A stretch of 64,000 bases of DNA, from NCBI GenBank assembly GCA_965222615.1, contig CBDCUI010000009.1:160001-224000 (forward strand). Direction: 5' to 3'. Below are positions 18,974-29,114 of this stretch, piece after piece. Under the pieces are notes generated by a model, which worked only from the letters and a program-made list of their open reading frames with translations, did no database searches and was not told the DNA's origin. Numbering within the stretch: the first letter of the stretch is position 1; each line of letters begins with the position of its first letter. Both the position numbers and the translations under genes were made by a program. This stretch comes from Gammaproteobacteria bacterium (GTDB taxonomy: Bacteria; Pseudomonadota; Gammaproteobacteria; UBA4575).

Positions 18974-19279
18974 TTATCTGTTTGTAGTGCTGCTTTTCGC
19001 GGCACGCATTTCATCCAGATGCTGAATATCAATGCCATATATGGCGTGCTTGTCTTCCTTATAGTGGCGGACCATCGCGAAGATGGAGGCGGTGTTGTAT
19101 ATCACGACCAATGCTCCACCGATAATCAGTGCAACTCGAATGGAGCCATTCGAGTTATGATTATTGATAGCAAAGAATACGTACGCGTAGGTCAGCCATA
19201 AGACGATTACAAAACCCCAGGCCCACACACTGTCACCCACAAGCATTGAGTTAATTCGTCTCTCAAGACCCTCACTCAT
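18974..19279 (-). CDS. Two-TM membrane protein, first gene of the permease operon
   Basis: 101 aa, GGGAGGAG RBS, two hydrophobic helices. Confidence 0.8.
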   Translation of the reverse strand: MSEGLERRINSMLVGDSVWAWGFVIVLWLTYAYVFFAINNHNSNGSIRVALIIGGALVVIYNTASIFAMVRHYKEDKHAIYGIDIQHLDEMRAAKSSTTNR

Positions 19280-19367
19280 AACTCCTCCCTAGACAATTAA
19301 TTGTTTTTTTGAAGATTTTTATTATTATCAGAATGTACAAATTTAAAATTCCACCAGTGGTGGGTGG

Positions 19368-19492
19368 TAGTCTTATTGGATGGTGAGTAGTAGTCCTATT
19401 GGCTATAGTTTTATTAGCGAATGGACATATATCCTCGATTACTTAATAGATTTCTAACCAATAGGATAAGGTAATTTAGCCCAATGGAATTA
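19368..19492. promoter_or_regulatory. Cluster of imperfect palindromic operator-like sites
   Basis: TAGTCTTATTGGATG, TAGTCCTATTGGCTA, TAACCAATAGGATAA, TAGCCCAATGGAATTA upstream of the permease operon. Confidence 0.45.
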
Positions 19493-19820
19493 GGCAATTT
19501 TTTAATGGGAATTTCGTAACAGGGTCCAATTTCGATTAGGTGGAAAATAGCGGCCCTGAGGCAAAGTTTATTGGGATACTAAGCGAGCGATTTAGTTGTG
19601 CTTAAGTAAAGAGTCATTCCAACCTTTTTCTTTTTCAAGGAGATCACTAAAAAATACTAATGCAAATGCTCGGATTTTCTGAGTTTTCAGCACATCTTTT
19701 TGCTTACGTTGAATTTCTTACCATTGTTGGAGATGACACATTCTGTGTAAAAGGAAGTAAGCGATAATATGTAGATCTGGTAAAAATTTGGGCTAGAGGT
19801 TCCTATGAGACTTGCTGTAC

Positions 19821-20525
19821 TCATTGTGGGATTTCATCTGATCTGTTCCAACCAAGATCCATGGCAATCCTGGCTGCTTCAGTCCTGTTTGAAGCGTTAA
19901 GTTTTTTTAAAATCACCCTTATGTGTGCCTTCACTGTACTTTCCAGAATACTGAGGTCACGCGCGATTTCCTTATTCGATTTACCTAATATCACCAGGTC
20001 AAGCGTAGCTCTCTGGCGCGGCGTCAGCTGTTGCAAAAGGTTTTCTGGGATTCCACTCTTACCACATTTTTTGGCAACGGATTTGCTCGTGAGGCTGACT
20101 GCCAGGAGTACATCCGGTGGGACATAAACCTCGCCTGATGTCACCAATGCTAGTGCGTGTTTGAGGACGTCTCGGTTCGATGACTTGACGATATATCCGC
20201 ATGCACCCATCTCAATTGTGCGAGCGATAAATTCTGGGTTGGTATAGGCAGACACGATCACAAGCGGTGTTTCCGGCACTTGCTCCACGACGCGCTGAAT
20301 TCCTGCAAAGCGTTTATACTTAATGCCGTCACCTACACTTTGATCCATGCCTGGCATTTGCAGATCCATCAAAATAAGATCTGGTTTCGTGCTATTCTCA
20401 ATTTGCTTCAACGTGGCCTCGACACTACTCGCTTCCAGAATTTCCACGTTTTCGAACATACTGCTCAACACAAGCCGTAGCCCTTCACGGAAAAGTCCAT
20501 GGTCATCTGCAATTAGGATTTGCAT
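19821..20525 (-). CDS. NarL/FixJ family DNA-binding response regulator
   Basis: ADDH, LMDLQMPG receiver; LTPRQ..L....GKSNKEIA..L.I...TVKAH LuxR HTH. Confidence 0.93.
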   Translation of the reverse strand: MQILIADDHGLFREGLRLVLSSMFENVEILEASSVEATLKQIENSTKPDLILMDLQMPGMDQSVGDGIKYKRFAGIQRVVEQVPETPLVIVSAYTNPEFIARTIEMGACGYIVKSSNRDVLKHALALVTSGEVYVPPDVLLAVSLTSKSVAKKCGKSGIPENLLQQLTPRQRATLDLVILGKSNKEIARDLSILESTVKAHIRVILKKLNASNRTEAARIAMDLGWNRSDEIPQ

Positions 20526-21548
20526 AAAAGATTATTGTGCACTTTGTATAGTATTGCATTCTATAACTAGTTGAACACACCGGGTGCATCTAAAACGTAG
20601 GCAAGGGCAAGGCGTTTTCGGCAAAATCGCGATCTTCGATGTCTTTAAACGTAATAGCTATGTTTGCGTCGAACTTGACCTGTTTGTAGAAGACCCATGC
20701 TTCTAACGATTATCCGCGGTCGTGTCTTACTCAAAAGCATACGCTCTATTTACAGTAAAGAATAATGTGAATTTCGGTTTAATTGCCGACAGAAAGATCT
20801 CTATTATCTCTCCTCACTAAATAGTGGCAAAACAGTTAGCCTAAACTCGTATTGAGTCTTTGTATATTTCCAGCTTTATTATACATCCCTATATTGATAA
20901 ACGGACACACCGTCAATAGGCGTAGTTATCATCCTTTTGAAGGATAGAGCAACATGGTCAATTTGTTACAACGCGACAGTTGGACTTAGGAAAGATTTGT
21001 TCAAGATAAAAGTGACAATTACGTGCTTGCGAATCATCTTTGTAAATTATCGCAGGATGATGAACGCTTTATCTTAATAGAGAAGGCTGCAATATTACTT
21101 CAATTACTTTACCCAAATTTAGGTACAAATTTCTACCACTATGGCCTAACACCGGCTAAGTATTTTTCCACTTTATGCGGAGGAGTAAAGTTTTCTGTAA
21201 TGAGTTGTCAAGTGAAAAGGAGTGTCTACAAATGAAATGCAGCTCGAAAACGTTGAACTACTTAATAAATATTCAGGGCGAAACATTCATAAAAAATAAA
21301 AAATGTGTGAAAAATTATTATTATCTTGTGGTTGTTTAATCTTGTCACAATAAATTGTACTCAGTATTTCCTGAGTAATTAATTAGTCTTATAGGAACTT
21401 TTTTGTAAATTAAGTAGTGCTAGTTAGCGATTTGGCTATAAAGATTATGCGGTTTAACAAAAGTAATTTATTAATATAAAAAACTTAGTTAAAAACAAGG
21501 CATGAAAAAGTAAAAGTATAAAATTAACTGAAGTAAGGTGGAGTTAAC

Positions 21549-22826
21549 ATGATGAGTAAAATCAAAATCAGACAATTAATAACAGTAATAGTGTTCGCAG
21601 TTATCGTTTCTATGGGAAAGGTTTGTGCTGAAACTGAAACAATAAATGTAGGTTTTCTTGGGGCTTTATCTGGTCCGGATGCAGGATGGGGTTTACCAGG
21701 ACTCACAGGGAACCAAATGTTTATTGACGAAGTGAATGCGGAAGGTGGATTGGATGTTTGTGGTACGCGCTACAAATTAAATATGGTCACCTTTGATGAT
21801 GAGGCAACTGGTTCAAAAGCTCTTCAGGGCGCTAAACAGTTGGTGTTAGAACATGATGTGAAATTTATTAGTGCAATCGGCGGTAATCCTGCCGATGCAA
21901 CTCACCCTTTCTTAACTCAGAAAAAGGTGATTTATGCCAGTTTGATTTCAACCGATATTAAGCCGGATCGTTCTTATCTCATTGCGGGTGGAGATGTGAC
22001 TCCACGCATCGATATGATGAGACCAAGTTACCATAAAAAGCGAAATCCAAAACTCAAACGCTGGGCAGTACTTTCTCAGGATGATTCTATTGGGATTTCT
22101 TCCCAGGCTTGGGAAGTAGGGTCTGCTTTAGTCGATGGTTGGGATGTCGTTTATGACGAACATTATTCTCTTGATACTGTTGATTTTGCGCCAATTGTAA
22201 CAGCAGTGCTTGCAACCAAACCGGATGTTGTTAGTTTAAATTTATCTTACCCAGATTTTGTAGTAAGCATTATTGAACAGCTTTATGTTCAGGGATATAA
22301 AGGAGAAATCTCGGCTAATTATCTCGATAGCGAATCTATTTTAACTAAAGTGCCAGCTTCATATTTGGAAGGTGCAGTAGATAGTTTCCCATTATTTGAT
22401 GATCCTTGGTGGGGTGACGGTTCAGTCCAGCATAAATTCTACGAGGACTGGATAAAGCGTTATGGGCCTGGGGGTCCTGAAGATGTTCATCGTGGCATTA
22501 CAGGTATCGATTGGGACCACGTAATTATGTTGAGGGTTTGGGCTGACGGTGTGAAGAGAGCATGTTCTTTTGATGCGGATAAAGTCATTGAAGCATTAAG
22601 GTCTGCTGATTCAATCGATACTCTTTTAGGCGAAGGAAAATTCACAGGCGGCGAAGAAATGTGGGGAATCAATAATATGATTTCTACACCTGTGCCGGTT
22701 AATGAGCATCGAGATGGTGTTAAACGTGTTCAAGCCGTATTAGATTTTCTTGAATGGTTTGAGCCACGTAAAGAAAAGATCATCGAGCATGTTCGTTCTA
22801 AAGGATTAATGTATGATCAAAACTAA
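21549..22826 (+). CDS. ABC transporter substrate-binding protein, LivJ/LivK-like family
   Basis: Sec signal peptide, INVGFLGALSGP..WG, VNAEGG, DFAPIVTAVLA; heads a LivHMGF-type operon. Confidence 0.9.
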   Translation: MMSKIKIRQLITVIVFAVIVSMGKVCAETETINVGFLGALSGPDAGWGLPGLTGNQMFIDEVNAEGGLDVCGTRYKLNMVTFDDEATGSKALQGAKQLVLEHDVKFISAIGGNPADATHPFLTQKKVIYASLISTDIKPDRSYLIAGGDVTPRIDMMRPSYHKKRNPKLKRWAVLSQDDSIGISSQAWEVGSALVDGWDVVYDEHYSLDTVDFAPIVTAVLATKPDVVSLNLSYPDFVVSIIEQLYVQGYKGEISANYLDSESILTKVPASYLEGAVDSFPLFDDPWWGDGSVQHKFYEDWIKRYGPGGPEDVHRGITGIDWDHVIMLRVWADGVKRACSFDADKVIEALRSADSIDTLLGEGKFTGGEEMWGINNMISTPVPVNEHRDGVKRVQAVLDFLEWFEPRKEKIIEHVRSKGLMYDQN

Positions 22827-22962
22827 ATAAATAAAAATCTATTATATTAAATGATGGGTACTGAGGTTGTGCTTCTGCAATACCCCTTTGTGTTTGAAAT
22901 TGTTTTAAGTGAATAGCTAATAGATTATTAGTACTATAAAACAGGGAGGGTAGATTGAGGTT

Positions 22963-23832
22963 ATGGGATTAGATGTTCTAGTACAAACATTTGCGAATGC
23001 AATTGTTTTAGGCTCTATCTATGCCATGGTAGCTGTTGGTTTAGCGCTGGCATTTGGAGTAATGCAAATGGCAAACTTTTCCCATGGCGAGTTTTTTATG
23101 GCGGGAGCCTATGTAGTATATGTTTTGTATTCTTTGGTTGGCTTACCATTTTTTATTGCTGTTATTGCATCTTTTCCAATTGTTGCGTTGATTGGAGTAC
23201 TATTTGAGCGTTTATTATTTAGGCCGACACGAGGGAATGTTTTAGCTGGCTTTATGGCAACAGCAGGTGCAGGGTTTGTTATGCAAGTATTGGTGGGTCA
23301 ACAATGGGGGGTTGGCTTAATGCGTTCAGTAGTTGTGCCATATAAAGGGAGTATAGAAATTTTAGGCGCAGCAATAAGCTGGCAGCGCTTAGTGATTATT
23401 CCAACAACATTTATTTTGGTCGCAGGCCTGTGGTTTTTCCTAACTAGAGTAAAAGCTGGGAAAGCACTAAGAGCATGTGCTCAGGACCCTGAAGCAGCCG
23501 TCCTACAAGGAATCAGTATTAATAAAATGGCTGCACTTGCCATGTTTTTATCTGGTGGTTTTGCGGGTGTAGCCGGTGCGATGATGGCACCGATTATTCC
23601 GGTAACACCGTATATGGGACACGTTTATGCTGTGACTGCTTTTATTGTTGTGATTGTAGGAGGTATGGCGAGTATTGAAGGTGCTGTACTTACTGCATTT
23701 ATACTTGGCTTTATTCATACCGTGGTTTCGACTATGTATGATTCTGTAACAGCTACTATGGTTGGTGTCTTGTTCATGGCAATTGTATTAATTGTTAAAC
23801 CAACGGGATTATTGGGTAATGTTAAAGTCTAG
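22963..23832 (+). CDS. Branched-chain amino acid-type ABC permease (LivH-like)
   Basis: GLALAFGVM..ANFSHGEF, GKALRACAQDPEAA.LQGI. Confidence 0.92.
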   Translation: MGLDVLVQTFANAIVLGSIYAMVAVGLALAFGVMQMANFSHGEFFMAGAYVVYVLYSLVGLPFFIAVIASFPIVALIGVLFERLLFRPTRGNVLAGFMATAGAGFVMQVLVGQQWGVGLMRSVVVPYKGSIEILGAAISWQRLVIIPTTFILVAGLWFFLTRVKAGKALRACAQDPEAAVLQGISINKMAALAMFLSGGFAGVAGAMMAPIIPVTPYMGHVYAVTAFIVVIVGGMASIEGAVLTAFILGFIHTVVSTMYDSVTATMVGVLFMAIVLIVKPTGLLGNVKV

Positions 23833-24808
23833 TTCACCAATCGTCGTTTGGTTACCTGCTGTTATAGTCGTTGCATTGTTTTACTTTGCGCCGCAAATAA
23901 TTTCTGCTTATAGGCTTGAGCTGCTTACTATTTTTCTGATCAATGTAATCTTAGCGCAAAGCTATCGTTTAATGACAACTACTGGAGATTGGACGCTATG
24001 TCATTACATATTGATGGGAGTGGGTGCTTATGCAACCGGAATTCTGGCAAAAAATTATGATGTGCCATTTTATTTTGCAATGCCGATTGCAGCTTTAATT
24101 ACAGTAGCAATCAGTTTTATATTTGCAGTGCCACTTTCTAGAACAATTGGGTTTGCGTTTTTTATTGCATCTTTTGCACTGGGCGAATTTGTACGACATG
24201 TTTGGCTTAAATTTCACAGTCCTTTTGGAGGGGCGCGTGGCGTGAACGGTATTCCAAAATTAGAGCTAGGGCAGCCGGGAGACTGGTATTTTGTAGATTT
24301 TTGGGACTCTACAAATTTTTATTTCTTCACACTTATTTTTACAGTTTTAGCACTTGTGATCCTTTATCGTATTGATCGTTCGCGTATTGGTAACGCATGG
24401 AGGTCTATCTATGCGGATAGTGAACTTTGTGAAAGCATAGGTATTAATGTTACGAGGTATCGAATTTTAATTTTTTGTGTTGCCGGTTTTTTTGCTGGAA
24501 TAGCGGGTTCTTTGCTTGCATATCAAATTGGTTCTATTGATCCACACAATTTCGAAATGGTAGAGATGGTATATCTGATTATTTGGGTAGTTGTTGGTGG
24601 TGTAAAAACATTTTGGGGTCCACTCATTGGAGTTTTATCGATGTCGTTGGTATTTGAGTTAACGCGTCCACTAGAAGAATGGCGACCACTATTATTTGGG
24701 CTCATTCTAATTTTGTTTTTAGTTTTTATGCCAGGCGGTCTTGAAACACTGCTACCACGAATTAAGGGTTTTTTTGCAGATTTGTTTGCTAAGAAAGAGG
24801 TAAGTTAA
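23819..24808 (+). CDS. Branched-chain amino acid-type ABC permease (LivM-like)
   Basis: GVGAYATG, SRIGNAWRSI, VVVGG..TFWGP; ATG at 23819. Confidence 0.9.
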   Translation: MLKSSSPIVVWLPAVIVVALFYFAPQIISAYRLELLTIFLINVILAQSYRLMTTTGDWTLCHYILMGVGAYATGILAKNYDVPFYFAMPIAALITVAISFIFAVPLSRTIGFAFFIASFALGEFVRHVWLKFHSPFGGARGVNGIPKLELGQPGDWYFVDFWDSTNFYFFTLIFTVLALVILYRIDRSRIGNAWRSIYADSELCESIGINVTRYRILIFCVAGFFAGIAGSLLAYQIGSIDPHNFEMVEMVYLIIWVVVGGVKTFWGPLIGVLSMSLVFELTRPLEEWRPLLFGLILILFLVFMPGGLETLLPRIKGFFADLFAKKEVS

Positions 24809-24809
24809 G

Positions 24810-25577
24810 TTGTCATATTTTTCTGTAAAAAATTTATCTAAACATTTTGGAGGGTTAATTGCTAATGATTCAATTAATATGGAAGTCAAAAAAGGTGAGA
24901 TCCGAGGTGTTATCGGCCCGAATGGCGCAGGTAAAACAACTTTTTTTAATGTCGTTAGTGGTTTTTATAAACCAACAGCCGGTACGGTTGAATTTAAAGG
25001 ACAAATAATTTCCGGACTGCATTCCAGCAAGATTGCAAAACTGGGTGTAGTACGTACCTTTCAACGACCTGCATTGTTTCCAGATTTCACCGTTTTTGAA
25101 AACGTAATGGTTGCACGCCACCTCAATGCCAATTCTTCGTTATTAAATGCAATATTTAGGCATAAAAATAGTGCGGAGATTGGTAACATTGCACGCACAA
25201 AGGAGATCATTGAATTTCTGGGCTTGAAAAGTGAGCAAGATAACTTAGCGTTAAATTTATCGCATGGGCATCAACGTGTTTTAGGTGTTGCCATGGCATT
25301 GGCTACAGAGCCAGAACTTTTAATGCTAGATGAACCTGTTGCAGGGATGAACTCGGGTGAAAAACGAGTCATGGTTGAGTTGATTAAAAAGATTCGAGAT
25401 GACTGGGGGGTTACCGTATTGCTCGTGGAGCATGATATGAGAACAGTGATGAATTTGTGTGACTATATTACTGTGCTTGATTTTGGACAGTTGCTGACTG
25501 AAGGCCTGCCTGAAGAAGTTATCAATAATGAAAAAGTGATTGAAGCCTATTTAGGAGCAGATGATATTGCTGCTTGA
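24810..25577 (+). CDS. ABC ATP-binding protein (LivG-like)
   Basis: GPNGAGKTT, LSHGHQR, LDEP, VEHDM, EAYLG. Confidence 0.93.
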   Translation: MSYFSVKNLSKHFGGLIANDSINMEVKKGEIRGVIGPNGAGKTTFFNVVSGFYKPTAGTVEFKGQIISGLHSSKIAKLGVVRTFQRPALFPDFTVFENVMVARHLNANSSLLNAIFRHKNSAEIGNIARTKEIIEFLGLKSEQDNLALNLSHGHQRVLGVAMALATEPELLMLDEPVAGMNSGEKRVMVELIKKIRDDWGVTVLLVEHDMRTVMNLCDYITVLDFGQLLTEGLPEEVINNEKVIEAYLGADDIAA

Positions 25578-26277
25578 ACTCAAAAATACAGCTGTTCATT
25601 ATGGAAAAGTGGTGGCAACTCAAAACATTTCTATTCAAGTCCCTGAAGGGGAAGTGGTAACTTTAATTGGTTCTAATGGCGCAGGGAAAAGCACTACCTT
25701 ACGTATGATTTCAGGTTTAGTTCGGCCATCATTGGGTGAAGTGCTATATCAAGGGAACTCTATTGCAAAACTTCCCCCCGAAGAGATTACACGAATTGGT
25801 ATTGCGCATATTCCTGAAGGTCGACATGTATTTCCTCAAATGACTGTAAAAGAAAATCTTGAGATGGGTGCGTATTTAAGAACAGATTCTAAAGAAGTAG
25901 AGGAAAGTATGGAGCTTACTTTTTCACATTTTCCTCGTCTTAAAGAAAGAGTAAATCAAGATGCAGGAACCATGAGTGGTGGCGAACAACAAATGCTAGC
26001 GATGGGACGAGGCCTAATGTCGAATCCAAAACTCATTTTGATGGATGAACCGTCTCTAGGACTATCTCCAATTATGTGTCAGGAAATTGCTGGAATTATT
26101 AAAAAAATTCACGCACAAGGTCGTACGATTATTTTAGTGGAGCAAAATGCTCGTTTGGCATTAGCACTGGCAAATTATGGCTACGTTTTGGAGACTGGAA
26201 ATATTGTTCTTGAGGGAAAAGCAATAGATTTGCGTGATGATGATGTGGTTCGCCAAACCTATCTGGGTATTACATAA
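25561..26277 (+). CDS. ABC ATP-binding protein (LivF-like)
   Basis: GSNGAGKST, MSGGEQQM, DEPSLGL, VEQNA. Confidence 0.93.
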   Translation: MILLLELKNTAVHYGKVVATQNISIQVPEGEVVTLIGSNGAGKSTTLRMISGLVRPSLGEVLYQGNSIAKLPPEEITRIGIAHIPEGRHVFPQMTVKENLEMGAYLRTDSKEVEESMELTFSHFPRLKERVNQDAGTMSGGEQQMLAMGRGLMSNPKLILMDEPSLGLSPIMCQEIAGIIKKIHAQGRTIILVEQNARLALALANYGYVLETGNIVLEGKAIDLRDDDVVRQTYLGIT

Positions 26278-26546
26278 ATACTGGTTCCTGCTAGGTCGCG
26301 TAGGACTTGTTCTAAGTGTCTGAATGAAGTAAGACGCTAATTGCTAGGAGTTCTCTGTTCTTGATCATAATTTAAGCTGCTGTTGAATAATTTGTTAAAG
26401 CTAAAGGTGATTATTTCGCACTTAAGTAAGGTCTTTTTTATTTAAAGTTGACTTAGAAATATTTTACAATTCATTAAGATATGGAATGTTTGAGGAAAAT
26501 ACATTAACTTATAAAATATTTCATAAATAACAACAATCAATAGTAT

Positions 26547-26562
26547 TACCTATATATAGGTA
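26547..26562. promoter_or_regulatory. Perfect NarL-like 7-2-7 palindrome upstream of amt
   Basis: TACCTAT-AT-ATAGGTA. Confidence 0.55.
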
Positions 26563-26771
26563 TAAAATTTTACTCCTTTGTGCTAATCCTCCACTTTTGT
26601 ACTAATACCCTCTATGTATTTTTTCAACATAAGTAGAAGGGTAAGGTTCTTAGCGTACTAGAAAATAACTTGATTAGCGTTGCCACAGCAGGAAGCTATA
26701 CACAGGGATGTTTTGGGGAAATAGCAAGCGTGGTCTCAGCTATACAAAATAAATAAGAAGAGGGGAAGATA

Positions 26772-28193
26772 ATGACTGACGCATTAGGCTCACTAACGGT
26801 CATCTTTACCGAATTTTACTATTGGGTAACAGTAGTGATCATGTTTCTAATTCATGCCGGATTCATAATGTATGAAGTGGGAGCTTCACGGCATAAGAAT
26901 CATCTGCACACCTTAATGAAGAATGTAATGATCATACCTTTGGTAACCATTACGTTTTTCTTTTTTGGCTGGTGGATTTATTTCGCATTTCCATATGGCC
27001 CAGGGATTATGGGTGGCATCCAAAGTGCTCCGCATGCCACACCCTGGAGCGAATTGATGGGCACCCATATGGGTGGAGCGCCTTTACAAGAAAGCCTAAG
27101 CGCTGATGATACAGCCTTTTGGGCGCGTATAAACGGTGTCTTTTGGGCGGCATTTTTACTTTTTTCTTGGACTGCAGCCTCGATTGTTTCCGGCTCGGTC
27201 ATTGAGCGCATCCAATCAGGTGCCTTCTGGATCTTGGCCGTGCTAATTGGTTCTTTCACATGGATTATTGATGCGGCTTGGGGCTGGCACTGGGATGGCT
27301 GGATGGTGCATAAGCTGGGTTATCACGATGCCTATGCTTCCGGAGTCATTCATGCCATTGCAGGTGGCTTTGCCTTAGGCGTGCTATGTATCTTAGGGCC
27401 GCGCATTGGTAAATTCCGAAAAGATGGTACGCCACGGAATATCAACCCACATAATCCGTGGTTAGTCTGTGTTGGACTATTCCTTATCTATACAGGATTC
27501 TGGGGTTTTTACGCGGCTTGTAATGTACCGATCATAGATTTCTTTGGTGGAGACATGCTGGATGTAGAAGGCAAGACCATGTTTACCGCCACGAATATCT
27601 ATCTTGGTCCCACTACACTGTCGGCTATCACTTTTAATTTCTTGATTTCATTGTCAGGTGGTCTCATGGCGGGCTATATCGTTTCAAGAGGCGATCCTTT
27701 CTGGACGTTTTCTGGCGGTCTTGCAGGAATAATTGCTGCATCTGCGGGAAATGATTTATATCACCCCATGCAAGCATTTATTATTTCAATTGCTGGCGTA
27801 GTAATTATGTATAAAATGCATTACTGGGTTGAGCGTAGATTCAAGATTGATGATGCCGTCGGTGCTGTCGCCGTACACGGTTATGCTGGATTCTTTGGAG
27901 TATTTATTGCCGGCTTCGTGTTATGGGGTTATCCGTCATCACCTTTTGGTGAAGGTTATGCTGTAGTAACTCCATGGGGGCAATTCCTAGGCGCTTGTAT
28001 CATGTTCTTTGTACTAGGATTCTTTCCTGCATTAATTGCTTCTAAGATCCTAGACATGATGGGTTTGCTACGTATACCTAGAGAAATTGAGCTAGCCGGT
28101 CTGGATATTTCTACAGAAATGCTTGCGGATGAAGAGTCTTCAGAACTAGATCGTGGGCTTTTAGAACAAGCTACAAAAGATGGGCTTGTTTAG
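26772..28193 (+). CDS. amt: Ammonium transporter family protein (divergent Amt, candidate methylamine channel)
   Basis: ~11 TM, IVSGSVIER, twin His (SGVIH, VAVHG), LGPRIG, KIDDAVG, E..GLD. Confidence 0.9.
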   Translation: MTDALGSLTVIFTEFYYWVTVVIMFLIHAGFIMYEVGASRHKNHLHTLMKNVMIIPLVTITFFFFGWWIYFAFPYGPGIMGGIQSAPHATPWSELMGTHMGGAPLQESLSADDTAFWARINGVFWAAFLLFSWTAASIVSGSVIERIQSGAFWILAVLIGSFTWIIDAAWGWHWDGWMVHKLGYHDAYASGVIHAIAGGFALGVLCILGPRIGKFRKDGTPRNINPHNPWLVCVGLFLIYTGFWGFYAACNVPIIDFFGGDMLDVEGKTMFTATNIYLGPTTLSAITFNFLISLSGGLMAGYIVSRGDPFWTFSGGLAGIIAASAGNDLYHPMQAFIISIAGVVIMYKMHYWVERRFKIDDAVGAVAVHGYAGFFGVFIAGFVLWGYPSSPFGEGYAVVTPWGQFLGACIMFFVLGFFPALIASKILDMMGLLRIPREIELAGLDISTEMLADEESSELDRGLLEQATKDGLV

Positions 28194-28233
28194 ATTGACT
28201 TTGATAAAAAATAAATAACAAGAGGAGACAATT

Positions 28234-28476
28234 ATGTCTACTAATGTCGAAACTTGGGCAAACCTAGATCAGCTTGGTCCAGTTTATCCCATGCCTGGTA
28301 CTGAGGTACTACTTGCTTTGATTGGCATTGCTATTTGGATTATTTGGCATTTATGGCAAATTGCACAAGAAAAGCGTGAGCATAGAGAAGAGATGGCAAA
28401 ATGGGGCAATAAGCAAGGGCTACGGAAAGTCCTTGAATTAGAAGAAGATCCTTCTTCGCGTCACTTTAAGCAATAA
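28234..28476 (+). CDS. Small single-TM protein co-transcribed with amt
   Basis: GAGGAG RBS; GPVYP.PGTE motif followed by a TM helix. Confidence 0.8.
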   Translation: MSTNVETWANLDQLGPVYPMPGTEVLLALIGIAIWIIWHLWQIAQEKREHREEMAKWGNKQGLRKVLELEEDPSSRHFKQ

Positions 28477-28535
28477 AATTATATTAATAAGTAATCATAT
28501 TGCTACTTAGAGTAATTAATTCCTCCTGAATTAAT

Positions 28536-28561
28536 CCCCGGCTTTATGCCGGGGTTTTTTT
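28536..28561 (+). terminator. Intrinsic terminator
   Basis: CCCCGGC-TTTAT-GCCGGGG followed by a T7 run. Confidence 0.9.
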
Positions 28562-28610
28562 GGGTGCTAATAATAAATAAATCGAGCAGTTTGTTGGACG
28601 ACTTAAATTC

Positions 28611-29114
28611 ATGTATAGACATTTATTCGAAGGGGTACCGACAAAACCGGTGCTCGTACTTGCGCCATTAGTGATTGCAGCTGTTCTGGCCCTTTACTAC
28701 TACAATCAACATAAGAATTGTAGCCACCAAGCCTCACTGCGCGAACAATTTTATATCTTCTTAAAAAACAACATTAACCAAACTATAGCACTATCTGAGG
28801 CTATGCCATTTAAGTGGGATAAGGCCTATATATTGGTGAACTACAAACCCGATAGAAAAGTACGAGATTGCCCATTTGAATGGGATTGGACAGAAGAATA
28901 TCGCCAAACCCTTATTGAAAGTGATTTACTCAACGTAATTTTTTTTACCGTTAATGATAAGCGTGCCATGTATATCGAATTTAGTGATGAACAGATCGAT
29001 ATGCAAGATATGGGTGAGGATAACCTACTAACATCTGAGACGGCTTTGTTTAAAATAGAATCTAAAGATGATTTAAATCAACAGCTTAAACTAATACATG
29101 CAAGTACTTTATGA
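28611..29114 (+). CDS. Membrane-anchored hypothetical protein
   Basis: 167 aa, N-terminal TM, PFKWDKAYI motif; ATGA overlap with the next gene. Confidence 0.7.
   Translation: MYRHLFEGVPTKPVLVLAPLVIAAVLALYYYNQHKNCSHQASLREQFYIFLKNNINQTIALSEAMPFKWDKAYILVNYKPDRKVRDCPFEWDWTEEYRQTLIESDLLNVIFFTVNDKRAMYIEFSDEQIDMQDMGEDNLLTSETALFKIESKDDLNQQLKLIHASTL

Noticed and set aside
20575-20740. GC-richer segment resembling a MITE end (GGGTGCATCTAAAACGTAGGCAAGGGCAAGGCG)
   Set aside because: No second inverted end, target duplication or other copy seen in the window; needs a genome-wide blastn
21023-21235. 70-aa ORF upstream of the ABC operon
   Set aside because: GTG start, no RBS, no recognisable motif; lies in probable promoter DNA
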